Source: Longimicrobiales bacterium (lineage in GTDB: Bacteria; Gemmatimonadota; Gemmatimonadetes; Longimicrobiales; Gaopeijiaceae). Taken from it: a DNA stretch of 64,000 nucleotides. The translations under genes were made by a program, and so were the position numbers. Shown piece after piece: positions 30,471 through 39,781 of this stretch. The stretch lies in NCBI GenBank assembly GCA_965116905.1, contig OZ220732.1:480001-544000 (forward strand), given 5' to 3'. The notes below the pieces were generated by a model. It did not search any database and had not been told where the DNA came from. It saw only the letters and a program-made list of their open reading frames with translations. Each line of letters starts with the position of its first letter. The stretch's first letter is position 1.

Positions 30471-31307
30471 TCAGCCCCAGCGCCCACATCCTGATGGTCC
30501 GAGTGGCGGCACAGCGGCGCAAGCCGCCAACACTGGCCCCGCGCCCTCGACACCCGCCCCGACGGCCACCACGGCCAGCGCAAGGGCCGCCAACGTGACG
30601 AGGGGGTGGGCGTGCAGGCTGTCCACCAAACGGGCGATCACGCTGGCGTCCGTTTCCCTTGGCCGCCTGACCACGTAAACGAGATTCCGGGATATGTCCG
30701 CGTCCGCGCGGTCAAGTATCGGCGTGTAGTCCCGGTAGTAAAGGCCGGTCGGGCCGTCCGTCACTTGTGTTTCGTATGACCCCAGGGTAACGAGGTCCGG
30801 CCAGTCGCCGCCCATACGTCGGGCGTCAGCTATCGCCGCCTTCACGTTCCGCGCGCACAGTGAGAACCCGCGCGAAACAGCCGCCGTGTACACGCGGCGC
30901 CAGTTGCCGTCCACCGTGATAGGGTCCTTGCTCCAGTCCTTGTCTACCGTCATATCCACGCCCGCCAGTTCAGCTATTTCCGCTTCCGGGCTAAACGCGG
31001 TGGCGAGCAGCGGGAACACGGCCAGCACTGGCCCCACGCCCTCGACACCCGCCAGGATGGCCAGCACTGCCAGCGCAAGTGCCGCCAGTGTGACGAGGGG
31101 GTGGGCGTGCAGGCGTCCCGCCCGGGACCGTTCCGACCTCAACAGCCGGGCGATCCCCCTCGCTTCCGTTTCCGTCCCGACGGTTGGGTACACCGGCCTT
31201 CCGATCATCACGTCAAAGTCGAGGTCCATGTACCCCGGGGCGTCCGAGTAGCCCGGGCGCACGGCCCCCGTCCGCATGGGCCGCATGTCACGATGGGACA
31301 GACGCAT
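30471..31307 (-). CDS. Orphan modular protein with a duplicated 31-aa hydrophobic module
   Basis: AGAGGA before ATG 31307; open for 278 codons; differences between repeat copies are half synonymous. Confidence 0.6.
   Translation of the reverse strand: MRLSHRDMRPMRTGAVRPGYSDAPGYMDLDFDVMIGRPVYPTVGTETEARGIARLLRSERSRAGRLHAHPLVTLAALALAVLAILAGVEGVGPVLAVFPLLATAFSPEAEIAELAGVDMTVDKDWSKDPITVDGNWRRVYTAAVSRGFSLCARNVKAAIADARRMGGDWPDLVTLGSYETQVTDGPTGLYYRDYTPILDRADADISRNLVYVVRRPRETDASVIARLVDSLHAHPLVTLAALALAVVAVGAGVEGAGPVLAACAAVPPLGPSGCGRWG
30526..30619. repeat. 94-bp direct repeat, copy A
   Basis: 84/94 identical to 31021-31114 by manual alignment; period 495 bp, in frame. Confidence 0.92.
31021..31114. 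repeat. 94-bp direct repeat, copy B
   Basis: Matches 30526-30619; encodes LHAHPLVTLAALALAVLAILAGVEGVGPVLA. Confidence 0.92.
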
Positions 31308-31505
31308 CAGGCGCGTTCCTCTCACGCTGAATTGTGATGGAGGGCGGCATATCCGCCCTCATCGGCGACGCACATTGGGGATCAATGCACCGACACGCAA
31401 GCTTTGCGGTATAGATTCGGGTCATTTTGCAACCACCATACGATCACATGGTGATATTACCGCGATAATAGACTGGTGAATGGCGGGGTCCTAGTCGGCA
31501 GGACC

Positions 31506-32120
31506 CTACTTCCTGACCGACCACCTCATGGGCGGAATCACCTCGCCCCTGGCGCTCGATTCGATCAGGATCCCCAGCCGGCGCAGGCGCGTCTCCTCGC
31601 GCTTCGCGCTCACGACCCACCACGTCACCTGTTTGCGGTACGAGGGCCGGGCGTTCCGGAAGTAGTCCCACGCATCCGGCTCGGCCCTGAGCCGCTGCTC
31701 GTACTCGGGCGGCAGGTCGACCGTCTTCTGCTCGTACGACGCCCGCTTCTCCTTCTCGGGATCGCGCGCCCGGAACGCGGCCAGACCCGCCTCGGCGACG
31801 AGCCCCTCCGCCATCAGGTGCTCCATGCGGCCCAGGTTGCGGGCGCTCCAGTGGCTCCCCTTGCGGCGCGGCGTGAAGCGAATCTTGTAGCTCTGTTCGT
31901 CGTGGGCCTTCCGAATCCCGTCGATCCAGCCGAAGCACAGCGCCTCGTCCACGGATTCGGGCCAGGTGATGCTGGCCAGGCCGGTCGCCTTCTTGTAGTA
32001 GCCGACCCACAGCTCGTCAGACCGGTCGTGATTCCGTGCAAGCCAGCTCCGCAGGTCGGCCGGGGTGGCGAAGAAGCGGGGACTGTCGGCGGTGGCGCCG
32101 GGCGCGGGTGCGTCCGCCAC
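31506..32120 (-). CDS. YdeI/OmpD-associated (bacteriocin-protection) family protein
   Basis: LRSWLARNHD, ESVDEALCFGWIDG, RFTPRRKGSHWS and SAKREETRLRRL motifs. Confidence 0.9.
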   Translation of the reverse strand: MADAPAPGATADSPRFFATPADLRSWLARNHDRSDELWVGYYKKATGLASITWPESVDEALCFGWIDGIRKAHDEQSYKIRFTPRRKGSHWSARNLGRMEHLMAEGLVAEAGLAAFRARDPEKEKRASYEQKTVDLPPEYEQRLRAEPDAWDYFRNARPSYRKQVTWWVVSAKREETRLRRLGILIESSARGEVIPPMRWSVRK

Positions 32121-32122
32121 CC

Positions 32123-34675
32123 TCAGCTGTCCGGCGTCAGCATCGTGCGCTCGGCCGCAACCGATTCCACGCGCTCGCGCGAATAGAAGACCGGGAAGAA
32201 GCGGTCGTTGGCCCAGAGTTCGAACAGGTTGTCGTAGAAGGGCGAATCGGGATCGCCGGACTGGCCCGGCGTGTTGCTCCCGACGGCCAGGTCCCAGTCG
32301 CCCGTGTCCACGATGATCCGGAACGATGCGCCCGACGTCTGGTTGTCCCCGCCGCCCGTGTTGTTGAGGGTGAAGCTGTTGCCGCCCCGCGGCAGCGGTC
32401 CGACGGTGAAGCGCGTGGCCAGATCCGCCGGGACCGCGCGCGACAGCGGGTGGAAGAGCGTGGCGTGCTTGTAGTCCGGCTGGCCGTACTGCCAGCGGTC
32501 CATTCCGCCGCCGAGCCGGGAGCGCAGATCGCCCACCGCCTCTTCCAGGCTGCGCAGCAGCACCGCGTCCCGCCCGGCGACCGGATCGTCGCCGAACTCC
32601 CCGCCGGGCGCGGTCAGGTGGCCGATCACCTTCACCATCGCCATGCCGCGCACGTGGGCGCGCGCGGAGGCAGGCACGAGCACGTCGTGGACGTTCCCGC
32701 GCAGCCGTCGTTCGAAGGCGTTGTAGATCCCCGCGGCGACCGATTCGGGGGCCAGCACGAAGTCCCAGTCCAGGAGCATCCGACGCGCCCGCTCGACATC
32801 GCCGCCGCCGGGCGCCACGTCCCGCAGCATCGGCACCAGGGTCCGCGCGGGGATCGAGAGGTAGTCCGTCTGCAGGGCCATCATGTCGGCCATGGAATGG
32901 AGGCGTCCCGAGCCGAGGACCTCGGCGGCCCGCGCCCAGCGATAGGGGTCGGACCACTCGAACCCGATCGCGTCCATGTGCGGGTAGTCGGCGGGGGTGA
33001 GGTGGTTGTTGGCGGTGGCGAAGTACCCCTCCGCCGGGTTGTAGACGCTCGGCTTGGCCGTGATGGGGAGGTAGCCGTCCCACTCGAAGCGCCCGTCGCC
33101 GGGAACCGGTACCAGGCCGGACCAGTTGCGGCGGATGGGCGCGATCCCCACGGCCTGCCAGCCGATGTTCCCGTCCCGGTCCGCCCAGACCATGTTCTCG
33201 CCCGGGATGTTGGAGTAGTTGCACGCCTCGACGAACTCCTCCCAGGTGCGCGCCTGGTCCATGCGCAGACTCGCCAGATAGGGGGCGCCGCCGGGCTCGA
33301 GCCACGCCGCCCGCACCGCGTAGGCCACGTTGTTGGCCGGATCCTCGAAGACGACGGGGCCGTGCCGGGTGTACTTGAACTCCGCCGTGTGGGGAGCGCG
33401 CCCCTTCACGGGGATCTCCTCGGTGATCACCGTCATCGTCTCCCAGCCGTCGCGGTACCGGTAGCGGTCGGGGTCCGCGGGGTCGGTCTCGTAGACGTAC
33501 AGGTCTTCGCCGTCGGTGCGGAAGACCGTCAGCCCCCAGGCACCGTACTCGTTGTGGCCGATGCTGACGCCGGGGATCTCGGGCTCGCCGCCGCCGATCA
33601 CGTTCCACCCCGGCGCGACCAGGTGCACCCAGTAGCGCAGCGAAGGGGCGGACTGGGCGCGGTGGGGGTCGTTGGCCATGAGAGGGAAGCCGCTCTCGCT
33701 CAGACGCCCGCTCACGACCCAGTTGTTGGATCCGAGGCTCTCGTAGTCGGGCCAGGCGAGGGGATCCTGCCAGCCAGGGGCGTCTGCATGTCTCACCGGG
33801 CCAGCCGCGGCGGTGCCTCCCGCGCCTGGATCTTCCGTCGCGCCGGTCAGGTGCAGCGCCGCCTCCAGCCTCGCAAACGCCTCCTCGTTCCCCCGATACT
33901 CCGGCACCAGGTGCTCGGGCCGGAAGCGCACCGACCCGCGGAAGGCGTTGTACAGCCCCAGGATGTCCTGGCTCAGAAGCGCCCCGTCGATCGCGGGATC
34001 CAGCGCGATGTCGGGGTCCCCCGGGTGAAAGTTGGCGACCCGCTTGACCATTGCATCGCCCACGGCCGCGACCGCCCGCCCGTAGTTCAGCTCGGCACCG
34101 ATGTTCCCCAGCAGCCCCTGGTGCCGCGAGATCACCACCTCCGGCGTCCACCGCTTCGGACGAATCCCCAGCAGCTCGAACTCGACCGGCAGCAGCGACG
34201 GGTCCGCCTCCGTCTCGGCGATATGCGCGTTCACGCCGTCCACGTACGCCGGGATGATCCGGTCGCCGCGGTCGTGGTAGTGGTTCATCTCCACCGTCAT
34301 GTCGCCCCGGTACCGGAACAGCCGGAACCCGATGTCGCGCTCCAGCTCGCTCTCGCCGAGCATCTCCGCCACAGTGCCCGTCGCCTGCGCCCGCCAAACC
34401 TCGAACTGAAAGAGCCGGTCACGCGCGGCCGCGTACCCCTGCGCAAAGAACAGGTCGTACTCGGTCTCGGCGTAGATGTGGTTGATCCCCCAGCGGTCGC
34501 GAATGATCTCGACGGGGGCATTGAGCCCCGGCAGCGTGCTGGTGGTGGATGAGAGGGCGGCGTGGGCCGTGGCGGCTGACGCGGCAGGCGCGACCTGCGT
34601 GGAGGCGGCCGACGGGGCGCCTGCGAGAAGGACGATGGCGGCGAGCACGGTGGGGAAATCGCGAATGGCTGGCAT
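32123..34675 (-). CDS. Penicillin acylase family Ntn-hydrolase (S45)
   Basis: RDRWGINHIYA, GSNNWVVSG, LMANDPH and TPGQSGDPDSPFY motifs; signal peptide. Confidence 0.93.
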   Translation of the reverse strand: MPAIRDFPTVLAAIVLLAGAPSAASTQVAPAASAATAHAALSSTTSTLPGLNAPVEIIRDRWGINHIYAETEYDLFFAQGYAAARDRLFQFEVWRAQATGTVAEMLGESELERDIGFRLFRYRGDMTVEMNHYHDRGDRIIPAYVDGVNAHIAETEADPSLLPVEFELLGIRPKRWTPEVVISRHQGLLGNIGAELNYGRAVAAVGDAMVKRVANFHPGDPDIALDPAIDGALLSQDILGLYNAFRGSVRFRPEHLVPEYRGNEEAFARLEAALHLTGATEDPGAGGTAAAGPVRHADAPGWQDPLAWPDYESLGSNNWVVSGRLSESGFPLMANDPHRAQSAPSLRYWVHLVAPGWNVIGGGEPEIPGVSIGHNEYGAWGLTVFRTDGEDLYVYETDPADPDRYRYRDGWETMTVITEEIPVKGRAPHTAEFKYTRHGPVVFEDPANNVAYAVRAAWLEPGGAPYLASLRMDQARTWEEFVEACNYSNIPGENMVWADRDGNIGWQAVGIAPIRRNWSGLVPVPGDGRFEWDGYLPITAKPSVYNPAEGYFATANNHLTPADYPHMDAIGFEWSDPYRWARAAEVLGSGRLHSMADMMALQTDYLSIPARTLVPMLRDVAPGGGDVERARRMLLDWDFVLAPESVAAGIYNAFERRLRGNVHDVLVPASARAHVRGMAMVKVIGHLTAPGGEFGDDPVAGRDAVLLRSLEEAVGDLRSRLGGGMDRWQYGQPDYKHATLFHPLSRAVPADLATRFTVGPLPRGGNSFTLNNTGGGDNQTSGASFRIIVDTGDWDLAVGSNTPGQSGDPDSPFYDNLFELWANDRFFPVFYSRERVESVAAERTMLTPDS

Positions 34676-34816
34676 GGCGAACCGGGTCGGAGGGATGCAC
34701 GGTGAGCGCCCACAAGGTAGCGCCCGACCGATGGTACGCACGATGTTGCCCGGGACGCCATGGCCAACCACGACACCCGATCGCCGAATCCGCCCCGTAC
34801 CGAAGGAGCCATACCC

Positions 34817-35272
34817 ATGAAGACCCCCGGACCGATCGCACCCCTCCTGGCCCTCCTGCTCGCCGCCTGCGGCCCACCCGCCGACCAGGCCGGCGAACAG
34901 CCCGTCGAACAGTCCGGCGAGCAGTCCGCCGAGGCTGCGGACGCCCAGGCCGGCGCGGCGGACGAGCCGGCACTCACCACCGGCCGCACGCCGCAGTTCG
35001 AGAACGAGCACGTCACCGTGTGGAAGAGCGTGATCGTCCCGAACCAGCCCCTCGAGATGCACCGGCACGACAACCCCCGCGCCATCATCGCGCTGAAGGG
35101 CGGCACGCTCACGGTCGTCAACGACTCCGGCGAGCGCCACGACATGACCTGGGAGACCGGCAACGCCTACTGGCTGGAGGCGGACCCGCCCGGTGAACTG
35201 CACGGCGACGTCAACGAGGGGCCCGAGCCCGTTGAAGTGATCGTGGTTCAGCTGAAAGGAGCAGGTGAATGA
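34817..35272 (+). CDS. Cupin-domain lipoprotein
   Basis: Lipobox LAAC; FENEHVTV, MHRHDNPR and HGDVNEG motifs. Confidence 0.8.
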   Translation: MKTPGPIAPLLALLLAACGPPADQAGEQPVEQSGEQSAEAADAQAGAADEPALTTGRTPQFENEHVTVWKSVIVPNQPLEMHRHDNPRAIIALKGGTLTVVNDSGERHDMTWETGNAYWLEADPPGELHGDVNEGPEPVEVIVVQLKGAGE

Positions 35273-36720
35273 GACAGCTCTTCAAACAGGGACATCGCCC
35301 GGGAGCCCGTGGACAGAATCCCCCCGGCATTCGGGTGGCCAAGCATCCGGGCCGGACGGTCCTTCCCGTTCTCGCCCTGCTGTCCGCGACCGTCGGCGGC
35401 CTGGCAGCCCAGAGGCCCGTGAACGTCCCCGAGGACATACCGGCGCGGATCCAGCCGCTGCCGACGCTGCGCGAACAGGCGGAGGAGCAGCAGGAGTGGC
35501 TGGAGCTGCGGGTCGGAAGAGTCCTGCCGAAGCTGATGGCGGAGTACGACGTGCGCATGTGGATCCTGTCGATGCGCGAATACGCGGAAGATCCCGTCTT
35601 CTGGTCCATCACCTCGCCGACGACTTTCGCCGCCCGCCGCCGCTCCATCTACGTCTTCACGCGGCAGGACGACGGGACGGTCGAGCGCCTGGCGCTGGGC
35701 GGCACGAGCCAGGGGGGCGTCTTCGAGGCGTACCGCTCCACCCGGCCCGCGCCCACACAGCCAACCGCGGAACTGGTCGGCGACGAGCAGTGGCGGCTCC
35801 TGCGCGAACTCGTGGAGGACCGCGATCCCGAGAACATCGTCCTCAATATCGATCCCGTCTGGGCGTTCTCGGACGGCCTCCACGCGGGTGAGCGCGAGGC
35901 CCTGGAAGATGCGCTGGGTCCCGACCTGCTCAGCCGGGTGAAGCGCGAGCCGCGCCTGGCCATGAACTACATCGCGCTGCGCCTCCCCGAGATGATGCCG
36001 CGCTACCGGAAGATCCAGGAGACCGTCCACGCGGTCATCTCGCATGCGTTCTCGAATGCGGTGATCACGCCGGGCGAGACCACCATCGAGGACGTGGAGT
36101 GGTGGATGCGCCAGCGCGTGCGCGACCTGGGCTACACGGTCTGGTTCCAGTCCAACGTGGATGTCCAGCGCGCGGGCGAGGTGCCTTCGTCCGGCCCCAC
36201 GGTGATCGAGCGCGGCGACCTGCTCTGGACCGACTTCGGTGTGGTGGCGCAGAATCTGCACACCGACACGCAGCACCTGGGCTACGTGCTGAGGGAAGGT
36301 GAAGCCGGCCCGCCGGCCGGGCTTTGGCAGTGTCTTGCCAACTCGAACCGGCTGCAGGACATACTCATGGAACACATGGAGCCGGGGCTCAGCGGCAACA
36401 CGATCCTGGCCAACACGCTGGCGCAGATGCGGGCCGAGGGGATCAACGGCACCGTCTACACGCACCCGATCGGGGACCACGGGCACGGCGCGGGGCCACT
36501 CATCGGCCGGTGGGATGGGCAAGAGGGGGTGCCGGTTCGCGGTGACGCGATCCTGTTGCCGTCGACCTGGCATTCGATCGAGCTGCAGGCGACGACGCCG
36601 ATCCCGGAGTGGGGCGACAAACCCGCCAGTTGCCGACAGGAGGAAGAGGCCTACCTCGACACCGAAGGCGAGCGGCACTGGGTCTTCCGGCGCCAGAGCC
36701 GCTTCCACCTGGTCTGGTAG
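35269..36720 (+). CDS. M24-family (Xaa-Pro) aminopeptidase, secreted
   Basis: TDFG, TDTQH, HPIGDHGHGAGP, SIE and EEE metal ligands; signal-like N-terminus. Confidence 0.85.
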   Translation: MRQLFKQGHRPGARGQNPPGIRVAKHPGRTVLPVLALLSATVGGLAAQRPVNVPEDIPARIQPLPTLREQAEEQQEWLELRVGRVLPKLMAEYDVRMWILSMREYAEDPVFWSITSPTTFAARRRSIYVFTRQDDGTVERLALGGTSQGGVFEAYRSTRPAPTQPTAELVGDEQWRLLRELVEDRDPENIVLNIDPVWAFSDGLHAGEREALEDALGPDLLSRVKREPRLAMNYIALRLPEMMPRYRKIQETVHAVISHAFSNAVITPGETTIEDVEWWMRQRVRDLGYTVWFQSNVDVQRAGEVPSSGPTVIERGDLLWTDFGVVAQNLHTDTQHLGYVLREGEAGPPAGLWQCLANSNRLQDILMEHMEPGLSGNTILANTLAQMRAEGINGTVYTHPIGDHGHGAGPLIGRWDGQEGVPVRGDAILLPSTWHSIELQATTPIPEWGDKPASCRQEEEAYLDTEGERHWVFRRQSRFHLVW

Positions 36721-36795
36721 CGCTTCGACTGCCGTCGTGCCACGATGGAGTCGAAGCCAGCCTTGCAACAGGGCCACAGCGAAGGAGAGAAGACC

Positions 36796-37998
36796 ATGAG
36801 CGTGAACCGACCACACCTCATCGGCGGAGTAAGCGCCGTCCTTGCCATCGCGCTCGCGTGCGGACAGGAAGCGATCGATGAAGCCACCTCCACCGGCGCC
36901 GGGGCCGGGGCCGAAGCGCCCAGGTTCGAGGTGGATCCGTTCTGGCCGAAGCCGCTGCCGGAGCACTGGCTGCTCGGCTCCACGATCGGTGTGGGCGTGG
37001 ACTCCCGCGACCACGTCTTCATCATTCACCGCCGCGCCTCCATAGACGCGCGCACGGAGCTGGGCGCGGAAGCGGATCCGCCCACCGCCGAATGCTGCCG
37101 CGCGGCGCCCGAGGTCCTCGAATTCGACACGGAAGGGAACCTCGTCAATTCATGGGGAGGCCCCTCAGACGAGTACGTGTGGCCCGAGTCAAACCACGGA
37201 ATCACGGTCGACCACATGGACAACGTGTGGATCGGCGGCAACGGGGCGACCGACTCGCACATCCTCAAGTTCTCGCGCGACGGCCGGTTTCTGGCCTCCT
37301 TCGGGCAACCGGAGCTGGGACAGGAACCCGACAGCCACAGCGAGACGCGCTTTAACCGGGTCGCCGAGGTGGCGTTCGACGCCGAGGCCAACGAAGCCTA
37401 CGTCGCGGACGGCTACGGCGGGCGCCGCGTGGCGGTGCTCGATGCGTCGACAGGCGCGTTCAAGCGCTACTGGGGCGCCTACGGCAACGCGCCCGACGAC
37501 ACGCCCACCCCGCCGTACGATCCCGATGCGCCGCCCCTGCAGCAGTTCCGCACGCCGGTGCACTGCGCCGAGCCTTCGCTGGACGGCCTGGTGTACGTAT
37601 GCGACCGTCCGAACAACCGGATCCAGGTCTTCCGAACGGACGGCACCTTCGTGGACGAGGTGATGATCGCACCTCGCACGCTCGGCGGCGGCTCGACCTG
37701 GGACCTCGCCTTCTCCCGCGATCCCGGGCAGCGCTACATGTATGTCGCCGACGGCAGCAATCACAGGGTCCACGTGATGGACCGCGCGTCACTCCAGGTG
37801 CTGACGACGTTCGGCGACGGAGGCCGGCAGGCGGGCCAGTTCATCGGCGTCCACAGCATCGCCACCGACTCACGCGGCAACGTCTACACGACCGAGACGT
37901 ACGAGGGCAAACGGATACAGAAGTTCGTGTACATGGGCCTGGGTCCGGTGTCGGCGGAACACCAGGGTACACCGTGGCCGAGTGGCGGCGGGGGGTGA
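36796..37998 (+). CDS. NHL-repeat beta-propeller lipoprotein (PAL-like)
   Basis: Lipobox LAC; VDPFWPKPLP, YVADGYG, YVCDRPNNRIQVF and HSIATDSRGNVY repeats. Confidence 0.85.
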   Translation: MSVNRPHLIGGVSAVLAIALACGQEAIDEATSTGAGAGAEAPRFEVDPFWPKPLPEHWLLGSTIGVGVDSRDHVFIIHRRASIDARTELGAEADPPTAECCRAAPEVLEFDTEGNLVNSWGGPSDEYVWPESNHGITVDHMDNVWIGGNGATDSHILKFSRDGRFLASFGQPELGQEPDSHSETRFNRVAEVAFDAEANEAYVADGYGGRRVAVLDASTGAFKRYWGAYGNAPDDTPTPPYDPDAPPLQQFRTPVHCAEPSLDGLVYVCDRPNNRIQVFRTDGTFVDEVMIAPRTLGGGSTWDLAFSRDPGQRYMYVADGSNHRVHVMDRASLQVLTTFGDGGRQAGQFIGVHSIATDSRGNVYTTETYEGKRIQKFVYMGLGPVSAEHQGTPWPSGGGG

Positions 37999-38102
37999 GG
38001 GAGGGCGGATTCGGCGTCGGGTTATCGCTGCTGGACGACCCGGATCGGTCCCGGATACTGCCGCATGGAAGGGCGTCATCCGTAGCAACCACGCACGCAA
38101 AG

Positions 38103-38522
38103 CTACTCTCTCGGCGGAGGGACTGACTGAGCCGCGCTCGCCAGACTTTGGGCGAGGGCGACCTGCTGGTCCCGTTCTCTCGGCCAACCAACCACATTGG
38201 CGTGTCTTGGTGGCGGTTCGTCGAGTTCTGTTCGGAGAGGTCGTGTAGCAGATACTGCACCCACTGTCAGGTCCGCCCGGCCGTGGATGTTCCTGCCACG
38301 AGGAAGCGCGTGCAGACGAGCGTGCTCCCATATGGCTGGTTCGCTCATAGCATCCATATGAAAGACAGAGACCTCAAGCGGACGTCCATGTGCCGATCTG
38401 GGCATGAAGGCGTGGTATTTGAGCCTGAACCCACCGTCGGCCTTCGAAATCCACCTCCGCGTAAACGTGAAGCGCGAGAGTGGTGTCGTGTCCGATAGTC
38501 GGGAGTTGCGCCGGCTACTCAA
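38103..38522 (-). CDS. Hypothetical protein, putative ADP-ribosyltransferase/RES-like toxin
   Basis: LSRF...AFMP...VSVF...HANVVGWP pattern; TTG start overlaps the upstream stop. Confidence 0.55.
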   Translation of the reverse strand: MSSRRNSRLSDTTPLSRFTFTRRWISKADGGFRLKYHAFMPRSAHGRPLEVSVFHMDAMSEPAIWEHARLHALPRGRNIHGRADLTVGAVSATRPLRTELDEPPPRHANVVGWPRERDQQVALAQSLASAAQSVPPPRE

Positions 38523-39012
38523 CTAGCTCCAGGGCCGTTTCGACCAAGCGTTTGGGCAACCCGTCGGCGAACATCTCAGTACCAATGACCCGGACAGCAT
38601 TCAGCCTAGCGGCATAACGAAGCTCCCCGTTTCGCCCAATGCTGACAGAAAGAACTCGATCCGGTCCCAGCCACCATTCAAGTCCGGCGTCACCGTCCGG
38701 CTCGAACGCGATGTCCGGAACACCCAGTGTACTGGGGAAAGCCGCGAGGACTTGTCTCGCCCACTCCATAGACAATTCGCTAGCCGGCGCCGCACCGTAC
38801 CCGTCCCAGTCGGGCTGGGAACAGTCGTAGAAGGCCTCGTCGAGGGCCTGCTGACGCTGGCGGCGAAGGCGGCTCTGTTCCGTGCGCAAAGCGCTCATCT
38901 CCACTGCCGCGACGCGTTGACGGACCGTGCGGGCTTCGTTCGAGATCCCCCGGTCCGTACTCCACTGAAGAAACCCTGACCGAGGCAGGACTACGCTCGC
39001 TACGCTAGCCAT
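38515..39012 (-). CDS. Hypothetical protein with a WDGYGA motif
   Basis: PDWDGYGAAP and EPDGDAGLEW; ATG fused to the upstream TAA (TAATG). Confidence 0.7.
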   Translation of the reverse strand: MASVASVVLPRSGFLQWSTDRGISNEARTVRQRVAAVEMSALRTEQSRLRRQRQQALDEAFYDCSQPDWDGYGAAPASELSMEWARQVLAAFPSTLGVPDIAFEPDGDAGLEWWLGPDRVLSVSIGRNGELRYAARLNAVRVIGTEMFADGLPKRLVETALELVE

Positions 39013-39731
39013 TATTGGAATCTCCTTATCGCCTCCGGCGTAAGACTCTCGAAGAAGATCCGGTTCTTCGCATCCCGAACCCTGGTAAGGTGACGGTGGA
39101 GAGTCGTGGTATCTGTCGGGAATGAATTCCGGACGAAGCAATCGATGTCCAGTACAATAGACGGTTCAGCCGATTCCTCGGTTGCAAGAGACACAATCGC
39201 GGTCACGCCATCCATCGGCGCGAGATGGTAGCGGAAAAGAAAGCTCTCCATCGTACCCGCAGATACACCCAGTGGTACTCGCAAGATCTCCGCGAGTTGC
39301 CCAGACGGTGGGAGATTGACCCGATTGATGAAACGCGTCGCAATCCTCTCCACGCCAAGTGGTCTCGCTTGATCCAAGTAGCGATCCCAAACGACCCAGG
39401 CGTTGGCCAGCATTCGATCCCACGACTCGTACGGGGCCAACCGACTGAAGGTGAATCCGTCGATCCGGACCTGCGCAACATGGAGTCCGTCGACGCTATC
39501 AATCCGATAGCCAAGTAACTGTGGAGCCCTCTGGACTGAAGTAGGCCCCTCGTCACCGAAGTGAATCTGCCCCTGGAATTGGTGAATCGGGCCGACCTTG
39601 GGGTATTGGGCCGCGAGTCCATCGACCAATGAATGCAGGGTCTCTTGAGTCGTATCTGCCGCGAGTCGCACGCGGAAGTCAATCAGAGCCTCACTAATGG
39701 GCGCTTTGGCAAGGTGCGGATAGTCGGGCAT
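39012..39731 (-). CDS. TIGR04255-family protein
   Basis: YPHLAKAPISEALIDFRV, FTFSRLAPYESW, RIATRFINRV, LDIDC and KNRIFFESLT motifs. Confidence 0.82.
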   Translation of the reverse strand: MPDYPHLAKAPISEALIDFRVRLAADTTQETLHSLVDGLAAQYPKVGPIHQFQGQIHFGDEGPTSVQRAPQLLGYRIDSVDGLHVAQVRIDGFTFSRLAPYESWDRMLANAWVVWDRYLDQARPLGVERIATRFINRVNLPPSGQLAEILRVPLGVSAGTMESFLFRYHLAPMDGVTAIVSLATEESAEPSIVLDIDCFVRNSFPTDTTTLHRHLTRVRDAKNRIFFESLTPEAIRRFQ

Positions 39732-39781
39732 GGCAACCTAAGATAAGAGTACCGTCATCAGCGCAACCGCCGGCACCATCA

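Noticed and set aside
30526..30560. GVEGxGP as a viral 2A ribosome-skipping motif
   Set aside because: It lacks the required D-x-E-x-N-P-G-P residues, and 2A skipping is a eukaryotic-ribosome phenomenon.
30526..31114. 94-bp repeat pair as a DGR template/variable repeat
   Set aside because: The mismatches are not adenine-specific on either strand, half are synonymous, and there is no reverse transcriptase in the window.
31506..34397. Apparent long fusions in the ORF track (963-aa YdeI, 915-aa aminotransferase, 712-aa SbcC, 1071-aa PolA)
   Set aside because: The N-terminal extensions overlap upstream genes in another frame, and the real starts are downstream.
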